Shown: positions 49,383 through 64,000 of the stretch, one piece after another | Position numbering within the stretch: the first letter of the stretch is position 1 | How the letters are laid out: the number at the start of each line of letters is the position of its first letter | Assembly (NCBI GenBank): GCA_951406725.2 | Contig: OX597834.1 | Span: 9,858,001 to 9,922,000, forward strand | DNA: 64,000 bases | DNA from: Octopus vulgaris | Taxonomy: Eukaryota | Direction: 5' to 3' | Notes under the pieces: model-generated | What the model was told of the DNA's origin: nothing | Database searches by the model: none | The model's input: the letters and a program-made list of their open reading frames with translations, nothing else | Program-made: the position numbers and the translations under genes

Positions 49383-49635
49383 GTTCCGTAAATTATGTCA
49401 TATGGAAACTCGAAGTAGTCAGTGAGGTGTATTTGATCAACATAGACAGGTACGTATATATCTATATCATACAGCGTAACCATTCGATTTATTCAAATTC
49501 CTCAATCTCTAGGTATTTCATAATTACTAAATGGCTATTAGAGTCTCTTCCACATCAAAAACGAGATAATTTCAAGCTCCACAAATCCCCTGACGTAATT
49601 CGACATTATTGAAACTACATGCTCATTGTCTTAAA

Positions 49636-49984
49636 GAGTGGTTCACAGCTGGGTTCCAATTGGCCCCTGAGGGGCTATGTAAGGTTTTGGCGTGCCCATG
49701 TAAGAAAATACTAAATTGGGGGTTCACAATTGTATTTTAAGCGGCCCTGAAAAAAATTCCTTTAGATGTGTGTATTTGTATGTATTGCAAAAACCGTCTA
49801 GGTATCTTTCTATAACATTTTATAAAGTTCAACCTACACAATGTGTGAAAAACTAAAGTGGAATTTGGAAAGGAGTTTCTATCAAACTAGATTTTGAATA
49901 TCAAATGGATATGGGAGTCTACCAGAATAAAATGATAACCAAAGGGTTCCATAGATTTTTTTTTTAAATGGTTGTGAAACTCTG
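49636..49984 (+). mobile_element. Degenerate hAT-like MITE
   Basis: Left GAGTGGTTCACAGC and right GGTTGTGAAACTCTG resemble CAGTGGTTC-type TIRs; flanks GTCTTAAA and GTCTAGAG match only partly. Confidence 0.45.
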
Positions 49985-50193
49985 GTCTAGAGCTAAGAAC
50001 ACTGTCGTGAACACGTGTTATGGTTGTAGCTCAAAAGTATGGCCATATGTTCACGACAATGCGTTTATTTCCAGGCAATAAGCTTTTTTCTTTCCTTAAT
50101 GACGTATGAAATTTGGAGGATTCTCGAATCCTAAGACTATCGATCTTTCTTAGTTGGGGAGTGTACACATTACTATTTGGTAATTACGATACA

Positions 50194-50510
50194 GTAGAAG
50201 TGAAATGGCCCAGTGGTTACGGCAGCGGACTCGCGGTCGGAGGATCGTGGTTTCGATTTCCAAACCGTTTGTTGTGTGTGTTTATTGAGCGAAAACAATT
50301 AAAAGCTCCACGAGCAAGTGGTGGTGGCGGCGACACCTGTTGTACTCTTTCGTTACAACTTTCTCTCACTCTCTCATCCTGTTTCTTGAGTAACGCTGCG
50401 ATGGACTGGCATCCTGTCTAGCTGGGGCGGGGGTAACACATACGCCACAGAAACCGGGAAACCGGACCCATGAGCCTCGCTAGGCTTGAAAAGGGGCGAA
50501 AGGAAAAAGA
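50194..50510 (+). mobile_element. tRNA-derived SINE (H2/B2/tail T1)
   Basis: Head ATGGCCCAGTGGTTACGGCAGCGGACTCGCGGTCG; tail GAAACCGGGAAACCGGACCCATGAGCCTCGCTAGGCTT, as in 1443; ATT(A/G)CGATAC on both flanks. Confidence 0.8.
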
Positions 50511-51289
50511 AAATTGCGATACTTCCTCTGGAGTTGGAAATAGTTTAAAGAAACAAGAAGTAAAATTTTGTGATATTTGATACACCTGTATTTCTCTAAA
50601 TAGTTATTTGCGCATGTGTTTGTGCGTATGTATATGACGTCGACGACGATATGCGCATAGTTGTCTTGAGATTTTGTATCCTCCCCGGTGGATAACCGAT
50701 TTGGATTTTTTTAAAGTGAGCCTACAAGGCGGTGTTCCAGCATCGCCGCTGGCCTATGCTTGTAGCGGGTTATACAAGAGGAAAATGGACATGCGATGTT
50801 AAAGACACGTCAATTAAGGTTACACTGGTATACCACGATTATCAGTCACGAAAATGATAATACAAATACAATGGAATGCATTTCTTCACGTGTATGGTTG
50901 ATCTGAGCAAGCAATAGTAATTACTTAGATGTGTATCATTTTAACTCAATCATGGAAACGGACACATATGCGTTTGTCTAAGAGATATACATTTGCTTCT
51001 ATGTGTGTACCTCTGTGTGTGTGTGTGTGTGTGTGTATTTACGGGAGTTCAGGTGAGAGTTCATATCCCACGTGCAGAATTCGATATTTTCTTTCCCCTG
51101 ATTCGTTTTTTTTTTTCTTTTTTGGGGGTTTACCTAATATTTACGTGCTTTCTTTATAGCTTTATGTGCTTCGAGATTTAACTTTTCAAAAACAAGAAGA
51201 AAGTTCACGTTCTCTTCATTTTGAAATATTTTTTGAAAGGAAATATATGAATCAACATAAATATATAAACTGTGCATATGTCTACGTGT

Positions 51290-51525
51290 GTGTGTGTGTG
51301 TATGTATGTATGGATGGATGGATGGATGGATGGATGGATGGATGGATGGATGGATATACATAAATATGTATGTGTATATTTATATATATATATATATTAT
51401 ATATATGTATGTGTATATTTATATATATATTTATATATATGTGTGTGTATATTTATATATATATATTTATATATATGTGTGTGTATATTTATATATATAT
51501 ATTTATATATATGTGTGTGTATATT

Positions 51526-51556
<31 letters not shown>

Positions 51557-51820
51557 ATATTTATATATATATATTTATATATATGTGTGTATATTTATAT
51601 ATATATATATGTGTGTATATTTATATATATATATGTGTGTATATATTTATATATATATATATGTGTGTATATATTTATATATGTATATATTTATATATGT
51701 GTATATATTTATATATGTATATATATTTATATATGTATATATATATATGTATGTGTATATATTTATATATATGTATGTGTATATATATGTATATATATAT
51801 ATATATACGTGTGTGTGTGT
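51290..51820. repeat. GT, GGAT and TA/TG compound array
   Basis: Direct reading. Confidence 0.95.
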
Positions 51821-52264
51821 GCAAACACGTGCATGAAGAAGGCAAGTAGAACGTTATACAAGGGGGTTGTTCAAGGGAGGAGATTGGTGACGGTCTACAA
51901 AGTTCAACTAAAACTAAAGCTTCGCGTTCAATCTGCTCGAAGGTATTTGCAGTTTTTTGTGCATCCATTGTTGTTACCTTATATATGCATTGGTTATTTA
52001 TTTCGAATACTTTGTATAAAGAGACACAGACATGGAAACATGCACATACTGGAAACTACATATATGCTCATACATCTCCATGAATCCTTGATATCTCTCT
52101 TTCTCTCTCTCCCTCTCTCTCACTGTGTCTCTTCATTTCTATCACACACAGACATCCTTCCTCTCACGCGTACATTCCCTTTCTCCCTCTCTCCTATTCT
52201 CGGTCCCTTTCTCTCTCACACACACATACATGTATGGGTGCATACAGATATTTATTCTTGTGTG

Positions 52265-52317
<53 letters not shown>

Positions 52318-54889
52318 GAACTTTCACATAATCGCAGCCGTTTATATATGCATATACGCATGTGTGTGTGTGTTTATGTGGAATGTGTATTGGAAATGTA
52401 CATTTTCATAAGCACACGTATGTGTATATTTATCACTGGAAATGAGAATATGTACGTGTGTGTGTGTGTGTGTGTGCGTGTGTTTGTGTGTGTTTTACGT
52501 ACTTGTGTATATATACAGAAGAAAGAAAATAGAGAAAATCTTTAGATTTTCTCTATTTTCTAGTAGATAATCCTAACAATATTCGTGATAAAAGTGTATA
52601 ATTTTTTTACCTACAAAGCGTCTATTTATAGGAATAGAAGGCAACAGATTTAAATAGCTAAAACTTTTGTTTCAATTTGTAATATATTGCGAAGAGCAAA
52701 TTCCGTTTTTGTTATTTAATTTTCATGTCTTTTTTCTTTTATATATTTATTTATGTGAATGAATTGACTGCTACGAACTCCAACCGAAACTCACTTTAGC
52801 TCAGACGCTGTAAGCTTTATTTTGAGAAGCGGAAGTTCACTCGCCACGAACACGAGACGCGTTATTACATGTCTGTTGTGAGAAAACAGATATCAGGGCC
52901 TAATTTAGCAGAAAAATTTCGATTATTAGTTCGTAGTATATTTCTTAACTCTATCCCGTTGGGCAATTGATAGATAACTAATTCTTGCTCCGTTATTGCG
53001 TTAATGTGTCTTTTCTCTGTTCAAATTATATTTAATATAATGTTAAGTTGAAAGGTTACTGCACGAATATCTAGCTAAACATTATTGAAATATATGATAT
53101 ATATATCTAATCGTTAACATACTCCCCACTGGGAAGTGCTTGATAAGTATTATTTCTTCTTACTTATTGCATTAATTTATTCTGTCTTGGATTTGTGCTC
53201 AAAATAATTTCAGGTTTAAGGGTTACTCTAGGAATAACTTGATAAGCTTTATAGAAACACGAGTTAGTCGTATCCATTATGCCTATGAATGATGTAACCA
53301 CTCAAGTATAAAATTATTCATATATACACATATGCACAGAAAAAATACAACTGCGGAGACTTTTACAATATGGTTGCTAAGTATGTAGGATAGCAACCGT
53401 GTTATTTTCTCACGAAGACGCCAGTAAATACAGTGCTAATATTACGATATTGACTTAGAATATTTTGTAGATCAGAAAACGATACTTTTTCCCCATTTTT
53501 GCTCTTATATTGCATGTTTTAAAGAACGAGTTCAACAAACCTTTCAACAGTGTTTCAAAGGAATTCGATATTTCGATTGACCTGCTAACCTTAGACGTAT
53601 CAATTATTAAGCGATGTTGATGTCGGAGAATGAATAAATATCAGCTTATACGGTTTTATTTCGAGACGTTGAATAACGGACAAAAATAATTGTTGTTTTG
53701 ATGCTGAACATAAATGATGCATTATGATCGAAGTATATGAATTCTATAAGAACATAAAGGAAATTTGGAAAATTTCCTTTAAGAAAACTGGGCTTCACAA
53801 ATAGAAGGAAATATATACGCAAAAAAAAAATAGTATGTAATAATAACTAAATAAATTATAGACGGAAATTTCAGAATTGTATCTCTTGTGACTCTTCAAT
53901 CTGTTTAGTGGCTGTTGTATTCGGTTGTATTATATTATCTTTCCGCCTTCATTTCATTTGGATTCATTCCATTATCATTTAAGGAAGTTGATGGATATCT
54001 CTTTCATAGAATTTATAAAAATACCGATAAGTTACAGACACTTAAAATACAGAAATCTTGAAAGAGACAACACTTTTGTGAAGATGACATTTTAAATGAC
54101 AAATCATTTTCAGCAAGAAAATCTAGTTCAGTTTAAGCACAACTAAATAACAAACATGTTTTGGAGTAATCCAGATGTGTTTGTGTGGTCATTAACTGTG
54201 AGAGAAATAACAGTCTAATTTTCATAAAATTTTATCGATCCATCTATAACCAGTAAAGAAACGATGGATAATTTATGGCTGATAAAAAAAAATCAATGAG
54301 ATGAAAGACATTTGATCATGACTACAACAAATTTTTGCCAATAGCTTAGCAAAATGACGGGCGTTTCTGGAGCTAAAGAACATAATACCTGTCGCCCTTT
54401 CCATTCTTGCTACCAATGTCCATTTAATAGGCACTACGTAAATTCTTGGGATATTATAATCCATAATATCTGCCCACTCACTCAAAAATCTGAAGTCTGG
54501 GAAATTGTTCGATGGATTTACCATTCGACAATGGCTTGTTTATTTTCAAAGCTCAATGATATTATTTTTCATGAAATGAAAAAAGAAAAAAAAAAACAGT
54601 ATTACAATCGCAACAGCTTTCTGCTATATTATTATTATTATTATTATTCAAATAATTATGATGTTAATATCGATATTACCCCTTTCATAACACCGAAAAC
54701 CTCGCTTTGTTGTTCACGCGTGATCTACAATCTTATATATTTATATTTTATCTAGTTTCAGCTCACGAGCTGTGGCCAGGCTGGAGCGGCGCCATTAAAT
54801 TAGTAATATATTTTTTTCATTCTTGTACATTCACGCGTTTGTTAAACTTTATATTCCACATATAAAATCTGATGGCTGAAATAAACACA

Positions 54890-54895
54890 AACACA

Positions 54896-54954
<59 letters not shown>

Positions 54955-54990
54955 AAATATGCGCACGCACGCAGGCATACACACACACAC
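54890..54990. repeat. (CA)n array
   Basis: Direct reading. Confidence 0.9.
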
Positions 54991-55309
54991 ATTGTTCAAA
55001 AGGGGTTAAGAAGCCACGTATATCAAACGTTATACGTAGAAACTAAAAGCGGAAATATCACGTTCTTTATTATGCACAGGATATAAGAACAATTGGTTTT
55101 AATTTCTAATTCTTTAATTTTTATTTCTTAGTTCTTGACCTTTGATTTTTAATATTTCCTAACATGAACATACTTATCGAAACCCATAATACTTTATAAA
55201 AGTCACTTAATATAACAAACATAAAAATATTGATCCTTCTATTTCGCCCTTTACTTTTTAATTCTCTCTGTCCCTCTTCCCTCTCTCTCTCTCTCTCAGC
55301 CTCTCTCCC

Positions 55310-55351
<42 letters not shown>

Positions 55352-55573
55352 AATATGATACTTAAGTTTGGGCAGCAGAATTTAGTACGGTATTATCCAT
55401 ACACTTTCAAAATAGGGTGATTATAATGAAAATAAGCAACAAGAATATCCAGAGGTAATGCAGTACCATCATTTTATGCAACTCCATTTAATTGAACAAT
55501 GCAATCATTAGAACATTATATATATATATGTTTTTTATAAAATTGTTATAGCATTTTCTATCTTAACTTTTTT

Positions 55574-56660
<1,087 letters not shown>

Positions 56661-57688
56661 AAGTCATGTTTCTCCTTTTGTTTATTTTTAAAATATTACT
56701 ACTTCCTTTTTAATGTGTCCCATTTGTGAGGCAGTGGAAAATTAACTTGCTTGATATATAGCCGGCAATTCCACTCGGTCCAGTGACAACGCTGTTGCCA
56801 TATTTTCAATTCTTGCCGTTTCGATTCAACAACGTAGCGAGACCACATTCCTAACTTGTTCCAGAGTAGATCGAAATTTATTCTCACCTATATTGGCACA
56901 CTAATTGCGTAATTTATAAATTACCAATATAGTTTACATGCATGTCGGTGAAAATTAAAGGTATTATAGTCGTTTAATCAGAATAGGTGTAGAAACGGTT
57001 ATTCTAGAAATTTTATATTCTTCTTCCGTAATCTTAATGATTTCGGCAATTGCTTTAATCAAAATCAGTGATTAGTTATTTACGAACATTCTTTAAACTT
57101 TGCATAATTATTCACATCATAGTCAAGTCTTCATTATTATTATTATTATCATTATCATCAAAAGCATCATTATCATCATAATTGTTATTAGTAGTATTAT
57201 TATTAATTCTTTTCGATTAGAGAGAAATTCATGAGACATCTAGAATATCCTCATTAACGACGAGAATCAGTTAAATACTTAATGCGAAGACATCTATTAT
57301 GTAACTAAATTAGATTGAAACATAACTCGACTTCTAAATTGCATCGTAATGTTGTACATCTATTAATTTCATTAACGGGTTCGATAGAAATGTCCATCTC
57401 ATCCAATAAATTTTGTTTTAGATAGTGCAGCAGCTCAGTAGTTAATTTCATGAATATGCTTAAATTATTTTCGTGCATGTTGGAGATTTATTTATTTATA
57501 TATTAAAGACAAGCATCTGTTCTTGTCGATTTTGATGTGCAGCCTCAAATCAATAATGATCCAAATGAGACCATCTCTTCTTATATATTGATTACTTTAT
57601 TTTGCGATGCAATCCTTATATATGTCAAATGCGTATTTCCACAAAGTTGTGGGTTGTAATGCAATATGTATATATGACACAATATATG

Positions 57689-57759
57689 TTTTTATGAGCT
57701 ACTATAGATATTTTTATGAGCTACTATAGATATTTTTATGAGCTACTATAGATATTTTT
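57689..57759. repeat. 22-bp tandem repeat TTTTTATGAGCTACTATAGATA, 3 copies
   Basis: Units at 57689, 57711 and 57733. Confidence 0.95.
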
Positions 57760-57929
57760 GCCTTTCCTATCATCACATTGCTCTATGTTGAAAACGAACA
57801 AATCTCCGAAACGTTCAGGCACACTTTTACTCGGAAAATATAAACACTTTACATTTATTTTTATTGCCTTTTTCCATTAGTTTTCTAACGTTTGGCGTAT
57901 TTACGGCATAAGTTAATGAATGATATTTC

Positions 57930-58216
57930 ATGCACACACACACACACACACATATATATTTGTGTGTGTGTGCATGTCTGTATATGTATATATATATATC
58001 CATATATATATATACACGCATATATATATACACACACATATATATACATATATATATACACACACATATATATACATATATATATACACACACCTATATA
58101 TATATATACACACATCTATATATATCACATATATATACACACACACACATCTATATATATATACACATATATATACACACGCACGTACACACACACATAT
58201 ATATATACACACACAC

Positions 58217-58253
<37 letters not shown>

Positions 58254-58262
58254 TATATATAT
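57930..58262. repeat. CA/TA compound array
   Basis: Direct reading. Confidence 0.95.
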
Positions 58263-59237
58263 GCAAATGTGTATTTTATTGCCAAACGCTACTCTATTTG
58301 ATGTTAACATTCTCCACACAAGGTCATATTTTATGGCTTGATGAAAGGCCGTTGCTTATTTTGTTAGCTGCTGAAGGAAAAAGAAAAACGATAAGAAAAA
58401 AGAATAGCAAGAGTTTATTGTGGATTTAAATGAAACTAATTGAGACACGCTGCCTAAACACAATAATAATATTTGACAATCGTAAAATTCCTTTACGTCA
58501 GAAACTTTTCACAAGCAATAAACACGTTTGTATAGCGTTCATATTCAAAGGCCCCATATCTCACTGGATTACGAAACCAATATATCTCACGTAACATTTC
58601 CAGAGGCATTAATAACAATTCTCTTAAAGTTAGTTCAATTGGCATATGTATATTAAAGTATCCTACACAGACTCCATAAAATAAACATTACCTGGTGTTA
58701 CAATGCATTCGGCTATTTTGCTATTTCGCCCTGGAACTCCGACATCCCATAGTTTGAAATTATTTTCCATTTATGCACGTGAGAATTATATATCGTGTGT
58801 GTGTGTATGTGTGTCTGTTTTTGCGTCTATGTGTCAGTTTGTGTCTGTGTATATTTTGTGTATCTGTATTTGTATCTTTGGCTGTATGTGTTTGCGTTTT
58901 CATGTGTGTTAAGTGTCATTAGGCCTGTTCGAGAACTATAATCAAAAGTATCTCAGACCGTACATAACGTCATATCATTGTATTTCTGTATATCAAGAAC
59001 CATACCATGCTGTGAGCCACTCCGCTCTACAAAGTCGGTAATAATAATGATATGAAGAAGATTTGACTGGCATTTCTAGCAGACTCTGTAATGGAATTAC
59101 GGAGATGTACTTTCATAGCAAGGGATTTGATCTGAGATCGTGTGCTGAAACGCAAACAATTGCAGCGTGGAAGGTGTTTGTAAGCCATTTAAGAAACACA
59201 CAAAAGCTGTTCGATTCACTTCAACATTTAAGTCTAA

Positions 59238-59288
59238 TTTGTCAAAATATTTTCGTCGCTTTAAGACCGCGACCTGTTCACTGACAAA
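59238..59288 (-). ncRNA. Minimal type-I hammerhead-ribozyme-like motif (G3-C8 core variant)
   Basis: Minus: TTTGTCA-GTGAACA-G-GTCGC-GGTCTTAAA-GCGAC-GAAA-ATAT-T-T-TGACAAA; 7-bp stem I, 5-bp stem II, palindromic stem III AATATT. Confidence 0.55.
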
Positions 59289-59626
59289 AATCCGTGCTGC
59301 AATGGAAGGAAGACTGATTTCAACTTAAATACTAGTTATCGTTTTGCTCCAGTTTGTCTCCCTCAGACTTCATCAATGAGATGGAGAATTCCATATAACA
59401 TTCTCCTTTCATTCAGATGTCGTCTATAACTAGAAACCACATTATCCATTGTTTTCTTAGCATTTACAGAGATTGGGCCGCTATTTCTGTAAATCCAGTT
59501 AACCGTGTTGTCTCAAGTTCTCTCTCTCTCCTCGCTTTTTCTCCTTTCTCTCCCACCTCTCTCCCCTCGTTGGATTATATCGTACCTGCATGCAATTTAC
59601 CCTCGAATGTAACTATCGCTTCATTA

Positions 59627-59856
59627 GGCGGCGAGCTGGCAGAATCGTTCGCACGCCGGGCGAAATGCTTAGCGGTATTTCGCCCGTCGGTACCTTCTGA
59701 GTTCAAATTCCGCCGAGGTCGACTTTGCCTTTCATCCTTTCGGGGTCGATAAATTAAGTACCAGATACGCACTGGGGTCGATGTAATCGACTTAATCCCA
59801 TTGTCTGTCCTTGTTTGTCCCCTCTGTGTTTAGCCCCTTGTGGGTAATAACGAAAC
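59627..59856 (+). mobile_element. SINE family A, full-length monomer with 16-bp TSD
   Basis: A-box-like TGGCAGAATCG, B-box-like GTTCAAATTCC; TSD TGTAACTATCGCTTCA at 59608-59623 and 59861-59876. Confidence 0.9.
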
Positions 59857-61238
59857 AGATTGTAACTATCGCTTCACTGTAGACACACAGTAAATCTAAT
59901 CTTCTCTTAACTTTGCAATAATAAAGAAAAAGAAATGATAAATAAATATAATTTGCAGGTATGTGTGAAATTAATTAAAGACTTGATAAGTAAAGAACAG
60001 CTAGGTACGTAAGCAGAGGTTAATCGTATGCTGGCTACTACAACAGATATATATACATATCTCTAAATAAGCTTCGAATAAAATGTGAGGTTCATTGACT
60101 TCGGAACTATCAGACTTGAGTACTTAGATACAATGTGGTAGAGCTCACGAAGGGTATTGCGACCCACAAAGTGTGACTTCTCCGTTGTCATTCTGATTTT
60201 ATCCAGACTACATATTCTAAGCTGTACTTTTATTTTGAGCCGGGAGGTTATGATTTGAGAGTAGATTCGCTGTCCTATCTAGCAGTGGAGTAAGTAGAAA
60301 CTATTTGGCCGGATTTTGGTATGAGCATAGTGTAATTATTATGGCGGATATTTTGAAAGACATGTGACCAGCCATTTTACAAAATGAATCGGTCAAAAAA
60401 ATTTCTTCACTGAATACTTTCCACGAATGTACTTTTATTATATTTCTTAAGATTTCTTCAGTCCTACTAAATTTAATGCATCATTCGGCCAAGAATGATG
60501 GACATTAGATTTTTGAATAACCAGAATTTCTGCCAAACATCGAATTTTGGCAGCAAATTGAGATATTCACTTCACGAATATCACAGCTGTTATTTCGCCA
60601 GTATTCTGCATTGTTCTTTACCGTTTCTTTGTACACATGCCACTAATGACAGGAATAGGAAATTTTATATTTCGACTCCTGGTGCGAACAGGGAAATAAA
60701 GCTAAAGGGACATACAAACACTGCATATTGAAACGTATCTTCATGTAAATACGATGCTGTGTGATTGCCAACGACAATAAAATAATCATAAAAACTGTTC
60801 CTACTACTAAGACTAATAGTATCATGGAATTGGAATCAGAATAATATTTCAAAATATAAGAAAGGAAGCAGAGAAAAAGGAGGAAACCGTTTGCATAATA
60901 GATATGAATAATCATAAAAGCGTCCACGTATATATACATACACGTTTGGCTACAAACTGTGTTTTTAGTACAATAGCAGGTGATAAAGTAAATAACCACT
61001 GAAATATCTAAATGTGCCGCGGGTATCTTGCTGTAAGTATTCGATATTTTTATGCTAGGGAGTATTTTCTTTAGCGTTTGTTTAATTTACATTGACATAA
61101 AAATCATAGGGCTGATCCTGTCTTCAGGCGTGCACCCTGAGTGATTAGAAATGAGATGAGCTACATGTACTTTCACACTAATAGCCACAAATATGCACAC
61201 ATACATGTTTGTGCATATATATACATATATAAATACAA

Positions 61239-61308
<70 letters not shown>

Positions 61309-61317
61309 ATTCTGAAA

Positions 61318-61649
61318 CCCCCTTCGTTCACGACATAGACCATGGGATTGCACCTAGAAAATTACCTTCCCAGGCACAAGTCCGGGCAAGGTTGTTTTAT
61401 GGAAGACCAGCTGTCGCCCATGCATTCTGGCCTCCCCTCTCCACGCCACCACAAAGGGAAAGGCAAATGGCGCCGATATAGCTTGGCATCTGTGACGTCG
61501 CAACTCATTTCTACAGCTGAGTGAACTGGAGCAAAGTGAAATAAAGTGCCTTGCTCAAGAACACAACACATAACCCAGTCCCGGAATCGAACTCAGTACC
61601 TCCATGATTGTGAGCCTGACGCACTAACCACTGAGCCATGCGCCTTCAC
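61318..61649 (-). mobile_element. tRNA-derived SINE (H1/B1/T2)
   Basis: Colinear with 18394-18726. Confidence 0.85.
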
Positions 61650-61876
61650 AGCTCGATGTTTACACCATTAATAAATACTTAACCCAGGACACTAACTCGT
61701 GGAAGCAGGTGTAACCCTTTACCATTCACATTATTCTTTCAAATGTTATCTTTATTTATTCACGCTGTTTTGAATTAATCGTGACTTAACTTTGAGGTCT
61801 TGAAAATATACTGTTAATTTCCAGAAGGAAATTGTTGTGTAGGTGTGAGAGGCCGGATCGGAACAGTTTGAACATA

Positions 61877-62258
61877 GGAGCACTCCGTCGGTTGCGACGA
61901 TGAGGGTCCCAGCTGTTACGATCAACGGAACAGCTTGCTCGTGGAATTAACGTGCAAGTGGCTGAGCATTCCACAGACACGTGTACCCTTAACGTAGTTC
62001 TCGGAGATATTCGGCGTGACACAGAGTGTGACAAGGCTGGACCCTTGAAATACAGGTACAACAGTAACAGGAAGAAAGAGTGAGAGAAGGTTGTGGTGAA
62101 AGAGTACAGGAGGGTTCACCAACACCCCCTGCAGGAGCCTTGTGAAGCTTTAGGTTTTTTCGCTCAATAAACACTCACAATGCCCGGTCTGGGAATCGAA
62201 ACCGCGATCCTACGACCGCGAGTCCACTGCCCTAACCACTGGGCCATTGCGCCTCCAC
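61877..62258 (-). mobile_element. tRNA-derived SINE (H2/B2/tail T4)
   Basis: Head GTGGAGGCGCAATGGCCCAGTGGTTAGGGCAG; distinct tail ..GTTAAGGGTACACGTGTCTGTGG..; ACAGTTTGAACATA at 61863-61876 and 62257-62270. Confidence 0.85.
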
Positions 62259-62808
62259 AGTTTGAACATACACCAGGTTGAAACCTTAGGCCGCATATCG
62301 CTAATTTGAATGCTAAAGAGTTAAACCGTTTCTTATCAATCATAATGACAACCAGTCTTTTAGAAGTTTACTACAATAAACCTTCGCAATAGTATTGACT
62401 TACTCGCACGATGTTACACCGAATTGGAGCGCATGACATTTTCCAGCGTAAAAATATGTGCAAAAGAACTACAAGATGAACATAAAAATTTTTCAAGTTA
62501 CCTATAACCTAAATGATTCGTGAAATTCAGAGACGACACCTGAAAGCGTTCGTACATATTCCCATATAATTATTTTCAATGCCACCAGGAGACACACTCA
62601 GCGGGATGTCTCCTGAAGTCAATGAATAAGAAAAAGCTTAGGATTCTGAAAATAATTACATCCTAATGAACCTAGAGTTACGAGACACACTTTAGCATTA
62701 ATAATTTACAGACACATATATTGAAGGACTTATAAAAATACACAAAAGCGTATAAGTACGCATTCACATATTGAGATTATCGAAACTATCTGTCTTTATA
62801 TACGTATA

Positions 62809-62839
<31 letters not shown>

Positions 62840-63935
62840 GGGGTTGGGTATTTGTGTGTGTGTACCTGTCTCTGACTTTGTGTGCAGATATCATTATATT
62901 TCTGTGCGTTTATGTATTTTTAGCTTATGTGCTTGTGTGAAAATGATTTATTTTCGAAATTACGAGTGAGTTGTCAGAAATTTTGAAACTTGCTAAAATA
63001 AATGTTTCAGAAAAAAAATATATATAACACCAAAACCCTCGTACGTCCGAGAAAACACACGCACACACACATACACATGTACGCACACGCTCTCATCCAT
63101 TCTCATATACACATATGCACACAGACATTCCTTGTGATGCTCAAAATTATAAGAGAAATAAGGAAAAAAAATATGAAATATAATACAATAACAGAATGCT
63201 CGAAAAAAATACTTTTTTGAATCAATGTTACGAATTGAAAACAGAAAATAGAATTTAATATAAGTATTATGAGATAAATTATTGTTGAGAAACTTTCTAC
63301 TTTTTTTTTAATTTTCTAACAATGAATATTAAGATAAAATAACGCCATAAATATTAAATTTATTATATCGGTAACTAAAGCTGAACATTTCTGTATACTA
63401 TCAAATATATATTTGGCAGTGTCGAATCAGAAACTGAACTGATGAAGAACTGAATGCCTGTCATCACATGTGATATATCACTTATAATAAAATTCTCTAA
63501 TGTGGTGGTCTGAGAATGATTGATGTCAACTCAATCTTTGCATTGCACGTTTCCTTCGGGTAGCATATATTTTTACTGATTTCGTTTCGTTTTTTTTTTT
63601 TTTTTTACTTGAAGAGAGTGCTCCGGCATAGGCTTAGCCAGATAGTTCAATCAGAGCAGATTTATATTAATGAATGAATTGTTAGCATGTCGATCAAAAT
63701 GCCTGGCATAATATTTTTTTCCGGCGTTTAATCTTCTGACTTCCAAAAACACTCCAGACGACTCAGTCAGTCATTCATTCCTTCGGGGGTCAATAAGCTG
63801 CAGTACTAGTCATGTACTTGGGTTGATGTAGACAACTTTCACTCTCCTTTCAAAAATTCTGACCTTCAACATTGCAATGGACCGCCCGCCCGTTCAGTGG
63901 GTTGTAGTGTTCTCATAAAACCCGGAAATGTCATA

Positions 63936-63978
63936 GGCATTTCGCCCGGGATTTTAACAGTTCTGCCAGCTCGCCGCC
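63936..63978 (-). mobile_element. SINE family A head fragment
   Basis: TTCTGCCAGCTCGCCGCC is the reverse complement of the head. Confidence 0.7.
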
Positions 63979-64000
63979 TGAACTAACAAATACACTAGAT

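Noticed and set aside
54273-54755. Overlapping 83- and 133-aa ORFs in unique sequence
   Set aside because: No homology recognised; the longer one runs into A and ATT runs.
56699-56887. 62-aa Trp-rich minus ORF
   Set aside because: No domain match or acceptor; possible transposon relic but unsupported.
57689-57759. Short direct repeats as a CRISPR-like array
   Set aside because: Head-to-tail with no spacers, in eukaryotic repeat context.
60085-60140. VRFIDFGT, a Tudor- or kinase-like motif
   Set aside because: An in-frame stop follows within 11 codons and there are no splice signals.
62586-62615. 9-bp hairpin CAGGAGACA/TGTCTCCTG
   Set aside because: The loop does not match IRE, SECIS or histone stem-loop consensus; expected by chance in 64 kb.

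Overview
Strongly AT-rich, repeat-dense animal non-coding DNA. The repeat content is tRNA-derived SINEs, RTE and R4/Dong LINE fragments, Penelope-like (PLE) short repeats, non-autonomous Helitrons, MITEs and very long (TA)/(CA)/(GT) arrays; this mix resembles an octopus (coleoid cephalopod) intron or intergenic region (taxon is inferred from recalled repeat style, not from a search). I can support no host protein-coding exon; almost all long ORFs in the supplied track are microsatellite translations. The recognisable coding remnants are a pogo/Tigger transposase, three R4/Dong pieces and an RTE 3' end with a 5' inversion and three C2H2 fingers. Best leads: (1) a set of minimal hammerhead-ribozyme-like motifs in short PLE-like repeats whose core 3-8 pair covaries (C-G, U-A, G-C); (2) a textbook AG|GTAAGT recursive-splice-like site at 2029/2030; (3) a recurrent SINE junction at a GGTAT motif; (4) a GC-rich, probable rDNA ITS1/5.8S orphan; (5) several inverted repeats that would form dsRNA if transcribed. 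All coordinates were read by eye; repeat boundaries are approximate.
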